Assembly: GCF_004010195.1 (NCBI RefSeq)
Contig: NC_057752.1
Coordinates: 2,916,222-2,980,221, forward strand
Length of the DNA: 64,000 nucleotides
Direction: 5' to 3'
Source: Chiloscyllium plagiosum
Lineage: Eukaryota
In this document: positions 10,989 to 23,952 of the stretch, piece by piece
Position numbering within the stretch: the first letter of the stretch is position 1
Layout: every line of letters starts with the position of its first letter
The notes under the pieces: generated by a model
Told to the model about the DNA's origin: nothing
What the model saw: only the letters and a program-made list of their open reading frames with translations
The model's database searches: none
Position numbers and translations under genes: made by a program

Positions 10989-11509
10989 GATGCCAGCATT
11001 CCTGAGGAGGATAGTGCTTAGAGAGAGGAATAGCTTTGAGGAACACATCTTACTGAAGTTCTGAGAGTGATAGGGATTGAAGCAGGACACTGACTAGTAA
11101 ACCCTGTCAGTAACTACCTGCTGACTTTCTAAACATCAAAATAGTACTGGAAGGAATGAGACAGGGAAGGGGTGCCTTAAACTGGAAGGACTGGAAGCAT
11201 TGCAGGTGCCAGGCAACAGACATCACCAGACGAGAGAGTGCTGTTTAAGGGCAGTACGACCTACAGTTTAAATAGAGACTGCTAGAACACGGGTTTAGCA
11301 GGTAGGATGCAGATATACATAATGCTGCAATATATTACAAAGTGACTGCCACAAAAGATAGAGAAATGTCTCGCGTCAAACTTGAACTTGCTTGGGATTA
11401 GATTAAAAGAGCCCAAATGTCAGAATGCCACAGAGGATGTGAGATGTACCTGATATCACCTTCAAAATGTGACACTGGCATTTCTCATTCCATACTTTTT
11501 GTCAATATT

Positions 11510-11915
11510 GATTGATTGATTGTCACCGAAGTACACTGAAAAGCTTTGTTTACGAGCAGTACAGATCATAGTAAGCAAGAATGTACAGATCAAAAAGACT
11601 TAGACAGAGGCAGACGGGTGACTTTGCTTCTCGAAACTAGAGAGTCCATTCACCAGTCTAATAACACCTTGGAAGAAGCAGTTCCTGAACCTGCTGGTGC
11701 GTGTGTTCAGGCTTCTGTATCTTCTGCCTGATGGAAGAGGTTGTGGGAGATCATTACCGAAGTGGGAAGGGTCTTCGATGATTTTGGCAGCCTGTCCGTG
11801 GAGCGAGCCATGCATAGATGGAATGGTGGCTTCTGTGATGTTCTGGGCTGTGCACACCACCCTCTGTTGTTTCTTACGGTCCTGGGCAGAGCAGTTGCCA
11901 TACCAGGTCGTTATG
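11510..11915 (-). mobile_element. Rex1/Babar-type LINE 3' fragment
   Basis: Translation ..KIIEDPSH...LPSGRRYRSLNTRTSRFRNCFF.GVIRLVN matches the characteristic Rex1 RT C-terminus. Confidence 0.8.
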
Positions 11916-12504
11916 TAGACCGTTATGACATCTCGGGCTTCAGAAGAGAACCAGGGAGATAATGGGGGAGAAGTGTCGTCTTCCCAGGGCTTCTAGCCAC
12001 AGATAGTTTTCAAATCAGCATTAAAACAAAAATAAGTTCGGGTCACTCAGAGTATATCAGCTGCAGCATACTGTGTGCTCCATTTGTGTACTTTGAAAGG
12101 AATCATCCAAAGTGGATTCAATATTTGACCACATTCATGGTACATACACTTGATGAGTCTATGGGAGGTGGGATACAATGGACCACAGGGACTCAGCAGC
12201 ACCCAAGCCTCAGGTGTCAGCAGTGGCTGAGTGGCAGCTTCTGAGTCAGAGCTCGGAAGGAGAAGCTGTCAGAAGGCTGGCTTCAATAGACAGCATCCAA
12301 CAGAGTTCTCATTCCATGCCACCGTGTGTGGCATCGCTGTGTTTGTGTGTGTGCTGTGCGTGGGAGTGAGCTAGAAAGGGACACAGGCAAAAGAAGGAAG
12401 CCCTCAGCTTCACGTGACCTCGCCCTCGCTCCATGCATTCACATGCAGCAGTCTCCGGTTTTCCCAATGCGAGATGAGGGAAGGTAAGACACGTACGTGG
12501 GGAT

Positions 12505-12606
12505 CAAAAGCAGAAATTGCTGGAGGAATTCAGCAGGTCTGGCAGCATCTGTGGAGAGAAAAACAGAGTTAATGTTTCGGCTCTGGTGTCTCTTCCTCAG
12601 AACTGA
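12505..12606 (-). mobile_element. Penelope-like terminal remnant (family C) with hammerhead-like core
   Basis: Minus strand reads AGTT-CTGAGGA-A...GAAACATT-AACT. Related, more decayed copies at ~7200-7280, ~9000-9115 and ~49405-49495. Confidence 0.6.
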
Positions 12607-13629
12607 GAGGCGAGGGAGGATGTGAAGGGTCAGAACAGTGAGGGTGAAAGGGATGGGGGAAGAAAGGGATGGCTTGTTTGAAACTGGCAGCTTGACAACT
12701 ATTGCCGATCTAACCTGGCAGGCTTGGCGCTGACACAAAAGGTGCCACTCCTCTGTACTTGGCGCGCAGCCTGGTGTTGAACCGACAAGAAATTCAAATG
12801 CAAATTCACATCCCAGTGGTACCTCTCCTCGGTCGAAGTGGCACCAAATCCACATAAGTACATGGAGGCAATGTTTTAAATATTGATGGAACAGCAGCTC
12901 CAACATTTGAACTTGAATAGTTTTACTCATGATATCTAAAGCTGGCTTATACTTTACACCGAAACAGGCCGTTCAGCCTATTTGATCCAGGCTTATGCTT
13001 CACATGTCCTGAAGAGATTCCATTATTTATTTTATTGAGAATTTGTTTAAAGGATTATGGATAATGGTTCATTTGAACAGGCTGGGAAGAAATCTGGCCT
13101 TTTCTTTGAAGGGGGCATGAAAAGTACACATCAGGACATAAGCCACATGGTTTTCAAAAAGTGTCTTTTAAGTTAATTGCTTGGACTTACTGGAAATCAC
13201 GTGCTTGTGTTTATGGCTGTTTGGAGTTAGTCTTTGTTTTGAATATTGCTAAACAGTCAGCTGGGGAACAGCCTACTGGGAGAGAGAGAAGCTACACGGC
13301 TCAGCCTCTGCCTTTCTGAGAAAGCTCTTTCAGAGTGCAATGTGATAACTGAAGCTGTTAATCCAACTGTTCTCCTCATTAGCCTCTGAAAGTCTTCCTC
13401 TTGGTATTTCCTGAATGAATTGTGTCTACAAACATCGCAGTGACTACTGCCTGTGCATAGTGACTCCGGTCTACATGTGCCAAGATGCTCATGAAAAGTC
13501 ATCCTGAATATTTCTTAACTTATCCATTTTAATACGTCAAACTGTGTGTTCATTCATTTTGCATCATTGATGAATATGTCTTGTTGTGTAAAGAAAAAGT
13601 ATATTTGTTGTTTGTCAAATAAATCTTAT

Positions 13630-14345
13630 TGTTATGACACCGGGTAAACTCTCCTACTTAATTTAAAATCAGCAACACAAAAAAGATATATCCCATGCAG
13701 TAATCTGTGAAAATTCGAGAGACCAAGAACTAGTTAAAGTAAAAATTCATAACTTTATTTCTTAAAGTATAACAGAGAATAATTAACTAACAACTGTTTA
13801 CAATTCCTTCCTCTAACCTATCTTTTACCTTCCCTTCTATAAGACTAGTCTGATAAAACTCCTGGTTATGATTTACAAAACAAAACTTCTTATCTCAAAA
13901 CCAGGCAGCTTTATGTTCTCCTCTGTATTTCAGTCTTTTCTTCTTCTTGGGGATTCTGCTTTACAGGTTAATGATCGATAAAGGTACTTTTAAGAGAGCT
14001 ATTTTTCGGGCAGTCTTTTTACATGCTGGTAGCTTGGCAGTCCTCCTCTCAACTGTTCAATTTTCCCCGATCTTATACCCACAAAGCATTGGATTATGTC
14101 ATTGACTTTTAAGATTGTCAATATACTCAATTCAAACTTGATTGGAGTTTGGTATTTGTTTTGGGGTATATTTAAACTGATTGGCTTAATTCAAATCTGT
14201 TTTTGTCTTCAGGCGACTAGCTACCCTAGCTACCCCAGTAGCTGGAGCACATGTTTACATTGTATCTTATTGAGAACACTTGGTGCTGTCACTGCTAATT
14301 TTTAACTCTCTTAAAGGTACAGCACACTTCTACACCTTCATTACA
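13630..14345 (-). mobile_element. Solo LTR (716 bp)
   Basis: TGTTATGA...TCATTACA inverted termini, 4-bp TSD ttat (13626-13629/14346-14349), minus-strand AATAAA at ~13754-13759. Confidence 0.8.
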
Positions 14346-14419
14346 TTATTGGCAGATCTCTTTATTCTAAACCTAATGTGATTAGAATATAGCCAGTATC
14401 TGCAGACATCAGGCACCAA

Positions 14420-14952
14420 TATGCAATAATTCCGAACTGCATATGTGCAAAAATCCTGAACTGCATGTGTGCAAACATCCAGAACCGTGCATGTGCACAA
14501 ACCAGAACTGCATGTTTGCAAAAACCCAGAACTGCACATGTACAAAAATTCAGAAATGCATATGTGCACAAATCTGAAATTGCATATGTGCACAAATATG
14601 AAACCATGTATGTGCGCAAATACGAAACCATGTATGTGCGCAAATACCAAACTGCACATGTCCACAAACCAGAACTGCACATGTGCATAAATCTGGAACT
14701 GCTCATGTGAGCAAATCTAGAACCATGTATATGCAGAAGTCCAGAACTGCACATATACAAAAGTCCACATGCAGAACTGTGCATGTGCAAACATCCAGAA
14801 GTACACGTGCACAAATTGGGAACTGCTCATGTGCACAAATCCAGAACCGTGTCTATACACACACCTGGAACTTTGCATGCTCACAAATCCAGAACTGCAC
14901 ACGTTCACAAATCCAGAAGTGTGTATGTGCATAAATTCAGAACTGCGTATGT
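14420..14952. repeat. ~23-24-bp minisatellite (gcacaaatccagaactgcacatgt-like), >20 diverged units
   Basis: Directly visible; one further unit resumes at ~15460-15492 after a CR1 insertion. Confidence 0.9.
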
Positions 14953-14966
14953 GATCTTCTTCCTCT

Positions 14967-15460
14967 CGGAAGGATGTTGTGAAACTTGAAAGGGGTTAGA
15001 AAAGATTTACAAGGATGTTGCCAGGGTTGGTGGATTTGAGCTATAGGGAGAGGTTGAGTAGGCTATGGCTGTTTTCTCTAGAGCATTGGAGGCTGAGGGA
15101 TGACCTTATAGAGGTTTATAAAATTGTGAGGGGCATGGATAGGATAAATAGACATAAGTCTATTCACTGGGGTGGGGGAGTTCAGAACTAGAGGGCATAG
15201 GTTTAGGATGAGAGGGGAAAGATAAAAGAGACCTAAAGGGCAACTTTTTCACACAGAGGGTGGTACATGTATGGAATGAGCTGCCAGAGGAACTGGTGGA
15301 GGCTGGTACAATTGCAACATTTAAAAGGCATCTGGATGGATATATGAATAGGAAGGGTTTGGAAGGATATGGGCCGGGTGCTGGCAGGTGGGACTAAATT
15401 AGGTTGGGATAACTGGCCGGCATGGACGAGTTGGACCAAAGGTCTGTTTCTGTGCTATAC
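14967..15460 (+). mobile_element. CR1/HER1-like LINE 3' fragment
   Basis: Reverse-complement homologue of 7660-8170. Confidence 0.92.
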
Positions 15461-16799
15461 ATGCACACAAATCTGGAACCCCACATGCGCAATGATTTTG
15501 CCCATATCAATTGTGGTCAGGCTTTATGTCATCACATAGAATTCCAATGACATCACATGCAAAGGAACTGTGTATGTGCAGGATCGAAACATGCTACTGA
15601 AATGGAGTTCAATGGTGGGGGTCAGGGCAGTGAGAATGGAGGGCAAGGGAGGGAGGGAAGTGATGGGAGAGTGGAGATGGTCATTGGGAAAGAAGGGACC
15701 TCCCTCTCCATCTCTCCCTCCCTTCCTCTCGCCAACCCTCGGGCCGTACTCCCTCACCATAGTGAGTCATTGTGCCAATTTGATTGCCACCATGTTTCAT
15801 ATTGGTGATGAACCTTTGTTTAAATTTGTATGATATGCAGGCATGAGGTGTCAATAGACATGGCCTAACATTTACAATTGGCCATCGTGGGAACTGGGTA
15901 AAGCATTTACATTTACGCTGTGAATATAGAGTGCTGGGGGGTGAGAGAGAGAGTGCATCTCAGTCCTAACAAAAATCTGAATAGACTCAAAACAACAAGA
16001 TGAGTCATGGCGAAGTGTGAGTTATGAAATATGCAAGAGACAAGCAACATGCAGGGTGTGAGTGATAGTAACAGAAAGGGCCAGAAGCTCACAGCAACTT
16101 GTTCAGTCCCTGAAAAGAGAAGCAGCAATTCAATTACATTGGCAGGCAGCGAGAATGAATGACATTGCACATTTGCCACCCTCAGGATATGTAGTTAGAT
16201 AGGGCAATAGAAGGTCACACAGAAGGTCATGAAAAAAAGCTAGTAAAACAGATAGCAAGTTCCTGCCTCTGCCACCACCACCCCCCTCGACCCCCACTTG
16301 CCCCCTTAGCTACCTCCAGCCTCAAATCTCTTCACCCACTTTATTTGGATGCATAAAAATGGCCTTGGAAGAGCAAGGGGTAGGTTACCATTGCTTCCCA
16401 CTCAGTAATGCAGGGTCTGATTAGTAAGAGTTAGCTCCCAGTATCTCCAGGGGAAGCAACCTGCACCGTTCGAACTGCCCGGCCATGCCCCTTCCTATTG
16501 CTGTATCTTCCTTCATCCTTACAACCCTTCAAGAACCTCATGTTACTCCAACTCTGGCCTCTCACTCAGCCTTCATCCTTCGGTGTTGAATTGCTCTGTG
16601 TTTGACCATGTGAGCTTGTTTACTATTGGTGCTCACTGGGGCCTCAGAGGCTAAACCTGGGCATGGAGTCAGGGAAAAGTAAATAAAGAGCTGGAAAGCT
16701 GAGCTAGAAGCATGGAGAAGACATTTTAAACACCCTGAATAAAGTTCTGACACACGTAGGAATGAGTCTAATCATTGCAGAGATCTAAAATATAAAACC

Positions 16800-17118
16800 A
16801 TAGAATCCCTACAGTGCAGATAGAGGCTGTTTGGTCTACACTGTACCTCCAAACAGCATCCCCCTATCCTAACCCCATAGCCCCACATTTCCCATGGCTA
16901 GTCCACCGAGCCTCCACATCCCTGGACATTATGGACAATTTCCCATGGCCAGTCCACCTAACCTGCATACCTTTGGACTATGGGAGGAAACCGGAGCACC
17001 TGGAGGAAATCCATGCAGATATGGGGAGAACGTGCAAACTCAACACAGACAGTCGCCTGAGGCGGGAATCAAACCTGGGTCCCTAGTGCTGTGAAGCAAC
17101 AGCTAACTACTGAGCCAG
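16800..17118 (-). mobile_element. HE1-type V-SINE
   Basis: Tail, V domain and tRNA head in reverse orientation. Confidence 0.85.
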
Positions 17119-17318
17119 TATATAACACACCCTAACAATTGCAGTCATGCCATCCTGGCTGAGGGCTTTGGAAATCCCCATCCACTTCTTTCTCCTTTAA
17201 CTCAGTCTTTTCAATCTTCCACTTTGACAAAGCATTTGTTCACATATTCAAACATCACCTTTGTTGGTTCAGTGTTAATTTTTTTGGATCATAATGTTCC
17301 CCTGAAGTGCTTTTGACT

Positions 17319-17815
17319 GATGGCTCAGTGGTTAGCACTGCTGCCTCACAGCGCCAGGGACCCGGGTTTGATTCCAGCCTCAGGTGACTGACTGGCAGGT
17401 GGGACTAAATTAGGTTGGGATACCTGGCCGGCATGGACGAGTTGGACCAAAGGTCTGTTCCTGTGCTATACATGCACACAAATCTGGAACCCCACATGCG
17501 CAATGATTTTGCCCATATCAATTGTGGTCAGGCTTTATGTCATCACATAGAATTCCAATGACATCACATGCAAAGGAACTGTGTACATTCTCCCCGTGTT
17601 TGCGTGGGTTTCCTCCGGGTGCTCCGGTTTCCTCCCACAGTCCAAAGATGTGCAGGTCAGGTGAATTGGTCATGTTAAATTGTCCGTAGAGTTAGGTGCA
17701 TTTGTCAGGGGTAACTATGGGGAATGGGTCTGGATGGGTTACTCTTTGGAGGGTCGGTGTGGACTAGTTGGGCTGAAGGGCCTGCTTCCACACTGTAGGG
17801 AATCTAATCTAAATT
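17319..17815 (+). mobile_element. HE1-type V-SINE containing a 194-bp insertion copied from 15381-15574
   Basis: Head 17319-17393, foreign insert 17392-17585, V domain and tail resume at 17586. Confidence 0.9.
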
Positions 17816-18214
17816 ATCATACGTTAATTGTCCTGCATGACTACAAATGGTGGATGCTGTTAAAGTGTCCATTTCTGCTGATTGAGAAAGAAGCAACACA
17901 TTGAAAGATCAGTGGTGTGCAGCATTGCTTCCTGATATTGCAGGTCTGAGTTAAGACAAAACGTTGGAGAGGCATAGACGTTTGAACCTTGTAAGTCAGG
18001 TAACCTAGTGGGAGCATATAAGAAAATTCATCTTTAGTTCAAGCGCAAAGAGGAGACCAAGGGGTGGCAACTTCAGCCAAGCTAAAGGCAAAATGCTGGC
18101 TGGTATCAGAAAGGTTCTTCTGGAAGGGCGCAGAGATTTTAGGGTCATTCTGGGTGGATGATTTAAGCTAGGTGGAAAGAAAATGATAGAAAGAAAGAAA
18201 AAAAAGTGAAAAGG

Positions 18215-18545
18215 CTTGCATTTGTACAGCCCTTCTCACAATGTCAGGATAGCCCAAAGCATTTTACAGCCAACAAAGAGCTTTTGAGGTGCAGATGTGA
18301 TTGTAATGTACAAGATGTGGCAGCCACATTTGCGAACCGCAAGCCCCCACAAGCACCAGTTCGATAAATGCACAGATAACCATGTTTTGGTGACGTTCGT
18401 TAGTAGAACTCCCCTCCAAAATTGTGGCCGTGGGATTTTTTACGCCCATCTGAGAGGGCAGACGGGGTCTTGATTTCAGGGATGGCTCCTCTAACTTAGG
18501 TCGGTCAGCTCAGATTATGTGGGACTTCAACTCACTACCTACTGC
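18215..18545 (-). mobile_element. Deu-domain SINE
   Basis: Reverse Deu core gccgtgggattttttacgcccatctgagagggcagacgggg and L2-like tail cccaaagcattttacagccaa. Confidence 0.75.
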
Positions 18546-19483
18546 TGGGGAAGAGGAAGAGCCGATAGGGGCAGCACGTCTGTCTGAAATGGCACAACCA
18601 AAATGCTTTTTGTACCCAAGGTGGGAGTGAGTTACACACAAAACAACAGCATTTGAATTTGATTTTGGGATAGATTTTTGTTTTGTTTGGCACAGAATTC
18701 ACTCAATTCTCCTACTCTGTTTCTCTCATCTGCACCAATGGAATATCTTACTTTGTGAGATTTGAATGCCTTCCAGCCATTGTTTAGGAACAAAAGGTCA
18801 GAGTGCCTTTTTTGAAATAGCGTCCAGACCTTTTCATTGAAAATTGATCACAGAATCAAGCTACACGAAGTGATGATGTTGCTACCTAACAACCAATAGC
18901 TGATCTCTTGCTCTGATACCTCTGAATCAATACATTGGCATTCAATTTTAAATGCATCCTTCCAGATAAAAGTCATTTAAATGATGATCAATTGTAAATG
19001 GGACCACTCCAGCACTTATTCTACAGAGTTGTGACCTAGTATTGTTCCTTAAAAGAATCACATTTGAAGAGGTGATTAAGATTTGGACGACGAGTGACTG
19101 GCGATCATACTGATTGAGGCTGAAGTGTGCAATTATTGGTAATCATTTCTGCCCATTGAAACATGTTCATCAGATTTTGAAGTGCAGCTCATCATCGAGA
19201 CTCACTTTTAAAGAAAGCTTCTTTAGAAAATGGCCAACAATATTAACATTCATGGTCCATTCATTTGTGGTCAATTCTTGAACATTGTTCTTTTCAAACA
19301 AAGTATTTAATGAGATCACGAGGCAGTAGGCACTAAATGTTTTCTCCTCGTTACAATCTTTCTTGTCTTTCTATCTCACCAAAGACACATCCAGATCTCA
19401 CAACTGCTGAGAAGGGCAACAGATGTAAAGGAGCACCACCAACTTCAGGGCTGGACATCATCCTGACTTGGAACGACAATAGA

Positions 19484-20490
19484 TTGTGGTGTACAAGTTG
19501 ACGCAGGAGAGAGATGCAATGGTTTTGTCGAGGTTTGTCCCGAGCAGCTCCGTGACACAGGACTCTGTGCTCTACGGTCTGTTCCCTGGGAAGCACACTG
19601 AGACAAACACCGACTGTGCCTGGAGGACCATCAAGTCAGTGAAAGACTCTCTTTGATTGGCCTGAAACGTATTGGTCTTCCAGAACAAGGGGTTGACCCT
19701 GATCGAGTGTTGCAAACTGGCACAGTCCAAGGTCCAGGACTATGTACTGAGGGACACACTAAAGATTGGGGCAGCTACCGCCACTGTCTGAGGGCCTTTT
19801 AGACCCCAAGTTAAGATTAGATTTCCTCCAGTGTGGAAACAGGCCCTTCGGCCCAACAAGTCCACACCAACCCTCCGAAGAGTAACCCACCCAGACCCAT
19901 TTCCCTCTGACTAATGCACCTAACACTACGGGTAATTTAGCATGGCCAATTCACCTATTCTGCACATTTTTGGACTGTGGGAGGAAACCGGAGCACCTGT
20001 GGAAACAGGCCCTTCGGCCCAACAAGTCCACACCAACCCTCCGAAGAGTAACCCACCCAGACCCATTTCCCTCTGACTAATGCACCTAACACTACGGGTA
20101 ATTTAGCATGGCCAATTCACCTATTCTGCACATTTTTGGACTGTGGGAGGAAACCGGAGCACCTGGAGAAAACCCACACAGACCTGGGGAGAATGTGCAA
20201 ACTCCACACAGACAGTCGCCTGAGGCTGGAATCGAACCTGGGTCCCTGGTGCTGTGAGGCCATCCGTGGGGGTCTGTTCAGTTATCGGACCCTTCCGATG
20301 CTTCAAAGGCATGTAAATATAGTCTTGTACAAATAAGAGATGCCTTTGATTTGTTTCGATAGAGTCAAACTCCAAAGTTTGGTTGTTTCCTTGATATGCT
20401 ACTGTACAGAATCCAAGTGCATTTGTGACTGTGTACATATATAAAGATATTTTTTAATGAATAAAGTATCTCTTGAAATAAAATAAGTAA
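19484..20490 (+). mobile_element. Tx1-like LINE 3' fragment (second family), split by an HE1 SINE
   Basis: Decayed frame MQWFLSRFVPSSSVTQDSVLYGLFPG...CAWRTIKSVKDSL*LA*NVLVFQ...VQDYVLRD resembles the Tx1/L1-clade ORF2 end. 3'UTR with AATAAA at ~20460-20480. Confidence 0.65.
19812..20260 (-). mobile_element. HE1-type V-SINE with 166-bp internal tandem duplication
   Basis: Copies 19832-19997 and 19998-20163 look identical. Confidence 0.9.
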
Positions 20491-21264
20491 GTTGGCGCAA
20501 TGCATAGGGTGGCCCTTTTTTGATACCAAAGTGCCCATCTGTTAGAGGTTGTCCTCAATTTTTCAGCTCAGCAACACATTTCGGATTATACTTGACCTAA
20601 CCACTGGCACATGGAATCAAGCAGGTGATACAGACTGAGTTGCCACAAAGGTGCATGGCACGCCAACACAAAACAGATGCCACAGGACACTTGGCAAACA
20701 GAAATAGGTTGTCCTGTGCCAACATTAGGGTTCACATTTTAGACTCAGCACCCAAGTTACTCACCATCTTTGGAAGGAGTTTTCTAAGCTTCAAAGCTCA
20801 ATTCACAAGCCACAATCTATAACTGATTGCCATTCCTTCACTGCATCTCAGTCAACATCCTGGAACTTCCTCCCTATCAACACTGTGGGTGTCCGTAAAC
20901 CACGCGGACTGCAGGGGTTCAAGAAAGATGGCTCACCACGACCATCTCGAGGGCAACCAGGGGTGGGCGATACGCCCACCTGCCATGACCAACTGCAAAA
21001 TAAACTATCAGTGATGGTCCTCTGTACGTCTCAGTCTTGTTCCCCTTAAACTCTTAATAACCAGTCCGACATACCATCTCTCCTTCCTGCTTCTGCTATC
21101 TTTTTCTATCTGAAAATATAAAACTGTGGGAGTCTTCACTTTCCTTAATCATCCTTTCCTTCCACAATCTAGAGGCATCCGAAACACAAAGTTGACATGA
21201 TTTATTTCTAACACCTTTGAGTTTATTCACCTTCACTCCGACTGAGTGTTGGCCTTTGAGCATC

Positions 21265-21716
21265 GAGTCACAGAGACGTACATCACGGAAACAGACCCTT
21301 TGGTCCAACTTGTCCATGCTGACCAGATATCCTAAACTGATCTAGTCCCATTTGCCAGCATTTGGCCCTGATCACTCTTCCTATTCATATACCCATCTAG
21401 ATGCCTTTTAAATGTTGTAATTGTACCAGCCTCCACTACTTCATCTGGCAGCTCATTCCATACATGCACCACAGTCTGCATGAAAAAGTTGCCCCTTAGG
21501 TCCCTTTTAAATCTTTTGCCATCTCACCTTAAACCTATGCCCTAGCTTTGGACTCATGTACCCTGGGGAAAAGACTTTGACTATTCACCCTATAAACCTC
21601 TATAAGGTCACTCCTCAGCCTCCGACGCTCCAGGGGAAAAAAAAACTCAGCCTCTCCCAAAAGCTCAAAGCCTCCAATCCTGGCAACATCCTTGTAAATG
21701 TTTTCTGAACCCTTTT
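21265..21716 (-). mobile_element. CR1/HER1-like LINE 3' fragment
   Basis: Homologous to 7660-8150. Confidence 0.9.
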
Positions 21717-22184
21717 CCCAGTGTGTTCTGAAGAAAGGAAATTATCTCGGGATGTGTTTTGAAACCTGCAGCATTCAAATCTGCTCAGAAAGAGAAGGAT
21801 GTTGTGAACCAGTTGTGTTCATGTTTTGATGAGAATATGTAAATTGTCCTTTCAGGAACTCTAAGGATCAGGTCATATTGTAAGGAAGTGTTCTTGCACC
21901 ATGTCATTTAAGGCGCAGTGATAACAGGTTTCATTTCCACAGCCTATATTTATAAACGACCTTTAACATCACAGAGAATCTCAAGGTCTTTCACAGGAAT
22001 GTTAGGAAGCCAAATTTAATACTGAGCCACATAAGGATTGAAATCTTGGCTGAAGAGGTCAGTTTTAAGGAGTGCCTTAAAAGAGGAGAGAGAGGTGGAG
22101 AGGTTTAGAAAAGGAATTGCAGAGTTCAGGGCCTTCTTAGTTCTCTGTGCACCTCTGGTCGCCACACTATAGGAAGGGTGTGAT

Positions 22185-22830
22185 TGCATTATAGAGAGGG
22201 TGCAGAGGAGATTCACCTGGATATTGTCTGGGCTGGAACATTTCAGCTCTGAAGAAAGACATGACAGTTTTAACATATGAGGAACGTTTGAGGTCTCTGG
22301 GTTTATACTCGATAGAATTCAGAAGGATGAGGTGGGATCTAACTGAAGCATATAGAATACTGAATGGCCTGGATAGAGTGGGATGTTGGGAAGATGTTTC
22401 CATTGGTGGGAGAGACTAGGACCCGAGGGCACAGCCTCAGAGTAAAGGGAAGACCTTTTGGAACGGAGATAAGGAGAAACTTCTTCAGCCAGAGAGTGGG
22501 GAATCTGGGGAATTCATTACCACAGAAGGCTGTGGAGGCCAGGTCATTGGGTATATTTAAGACTGAGATAGGGAGGTTCTTGAGTATCAAGGAGATCAAG
22601 GGTTGTGGGGAGAATGCAGGAGTATCTGGAACTCACTGCCTGAAAGGGTGGTAGAGGCAGGAACCCTCAAGATATTCGAAAAGTATTTAGCTGAGCATTG
22701 AAACACCATAGCATACAAGGCTATGGTCCAAGTGCTGGAAAATAGGACTAGAATAGATCAATGTTTGATAACAGACATGGACACAATGGGCAAAAGGGCC
22801 TCCTTCAGTGCTGTACAAACTCTATAACTC
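22185..22830 (+). mobile_element. CR1-like LINE fragments (one nested in another)
   Basis: gagagggtgcagaggagattcacc..., ETRTRGHSLRVKG..RRNFFSQRV, followed by a second CR1 tail. Confidence 0.8.
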
Positions 22831-23741
22831 CCTAGCCACTGATGATGGAGTGATTAAAATCAGATATGTGCCAGAAATGGAAGAGGGCAGAGATCACAGA
22901 GGGTTTCAGAGGGAGTTACAGAGATAGGGAGGGGTGAGACCATGGAAGGATTTGGAATCCAAGAATGTGAATTTTAAAATCAATGTATTGCTAAACCAGA
23001 TTCCGATATAAGTCAGCAAGCATGAAGTGATGGGGAAAACGACTTTGTGTGAGTTTGTTGCATATTACAGAAGGTGAATACATATTGTGTATCTATTCAC
23101 CTCGATGCTACCTGTTTTGTGAACAATTGTCATTCGAAGTTCTTCTCTCGACATTGAAACCGCCTGCCTGAACTTACGGCAATTACACTTCTTCCCAGTG
23201 GACGTTGGAATTTATAATGGAATTATAAAAATAGCATTGAATGTATTAAAATGGGGACTGAATACCTGTGCTAGTCCAATTGTCCCACTGCCTGTTAATT
23301 GCACTTCACTTCAAAACTGCAACTAGCCTTGGAATTTGGGATAGTGATTCAGCAGCTCACTTTGCTTTCAATCCAATCTGTGCTTACAATGATTTTGGGT
23401 TTCATTGAGGCCTCTGACTGTCCTTAGAATGTAAGACATAGGAGCAGGATTCGGCCATTTGGCCCCTTGAACCTTCTCTGTCATTCAGTAAGACCATGGC
23501 TGATCTGATTATGATCTTAACTTCACTTTTCTGCCTCCCACCCATAACCCTTGGTTCCCTTGTCAGTACAAAACAAATCTGTCGAGCTCAGCTTTGAATA
23601 TATTCAGAAATCCATTTGCCACTGCTTGCTTGGGGAGAGAATTCCAAAAACTAATGGCTGTCTAAGAGAAAGGGTTAGGCATAAATGACTCGAGGACACT
23701 ATTCAAAGAATGAGGCTGTTCTTCCTAGTGGCTTGACCAGT

Positions 23742-23952
23742 AAAAAGGTAAAGTTGCCATAGTCTTAACAGACTGTAGGAATACTCCCTCATTGGAGAGG
23801 GACAACGAGAGAAGGTTTAATCTGAGACATTGCAAGTTAGGGAAGAGGTTAAGAGGGCAAACCCTTCATGGTAACCTCAGCTGCTGCAGAGAATTGAAAC
23901 CATGCTGTTGGTATCACTCTGCATTGTAAACTGGCCATCTAGCTAACTGACC
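23742..23952 (-). mobile_element. tRNA-derived SINE, probably MetaSINE-like, nested in a Deu-SINE
   Basis: Homologous to 43160-44050; tRNA-like head in reverse (gaattgaaac..catctagctaactga). Confidence 0.55.

Noticed and set aside
10672..11064. Pro/Ser/Leu-rich ORFs
   Set aside because: Translation of a CT microsatellite.
14330..14989. Cys/His-rich ORFs resembling zinc-finger or metallothionein proteins
   Set aside because: Open in several frames on both strands because of the 24-bp minisatellite; no C2H2 spacing or splice structure.
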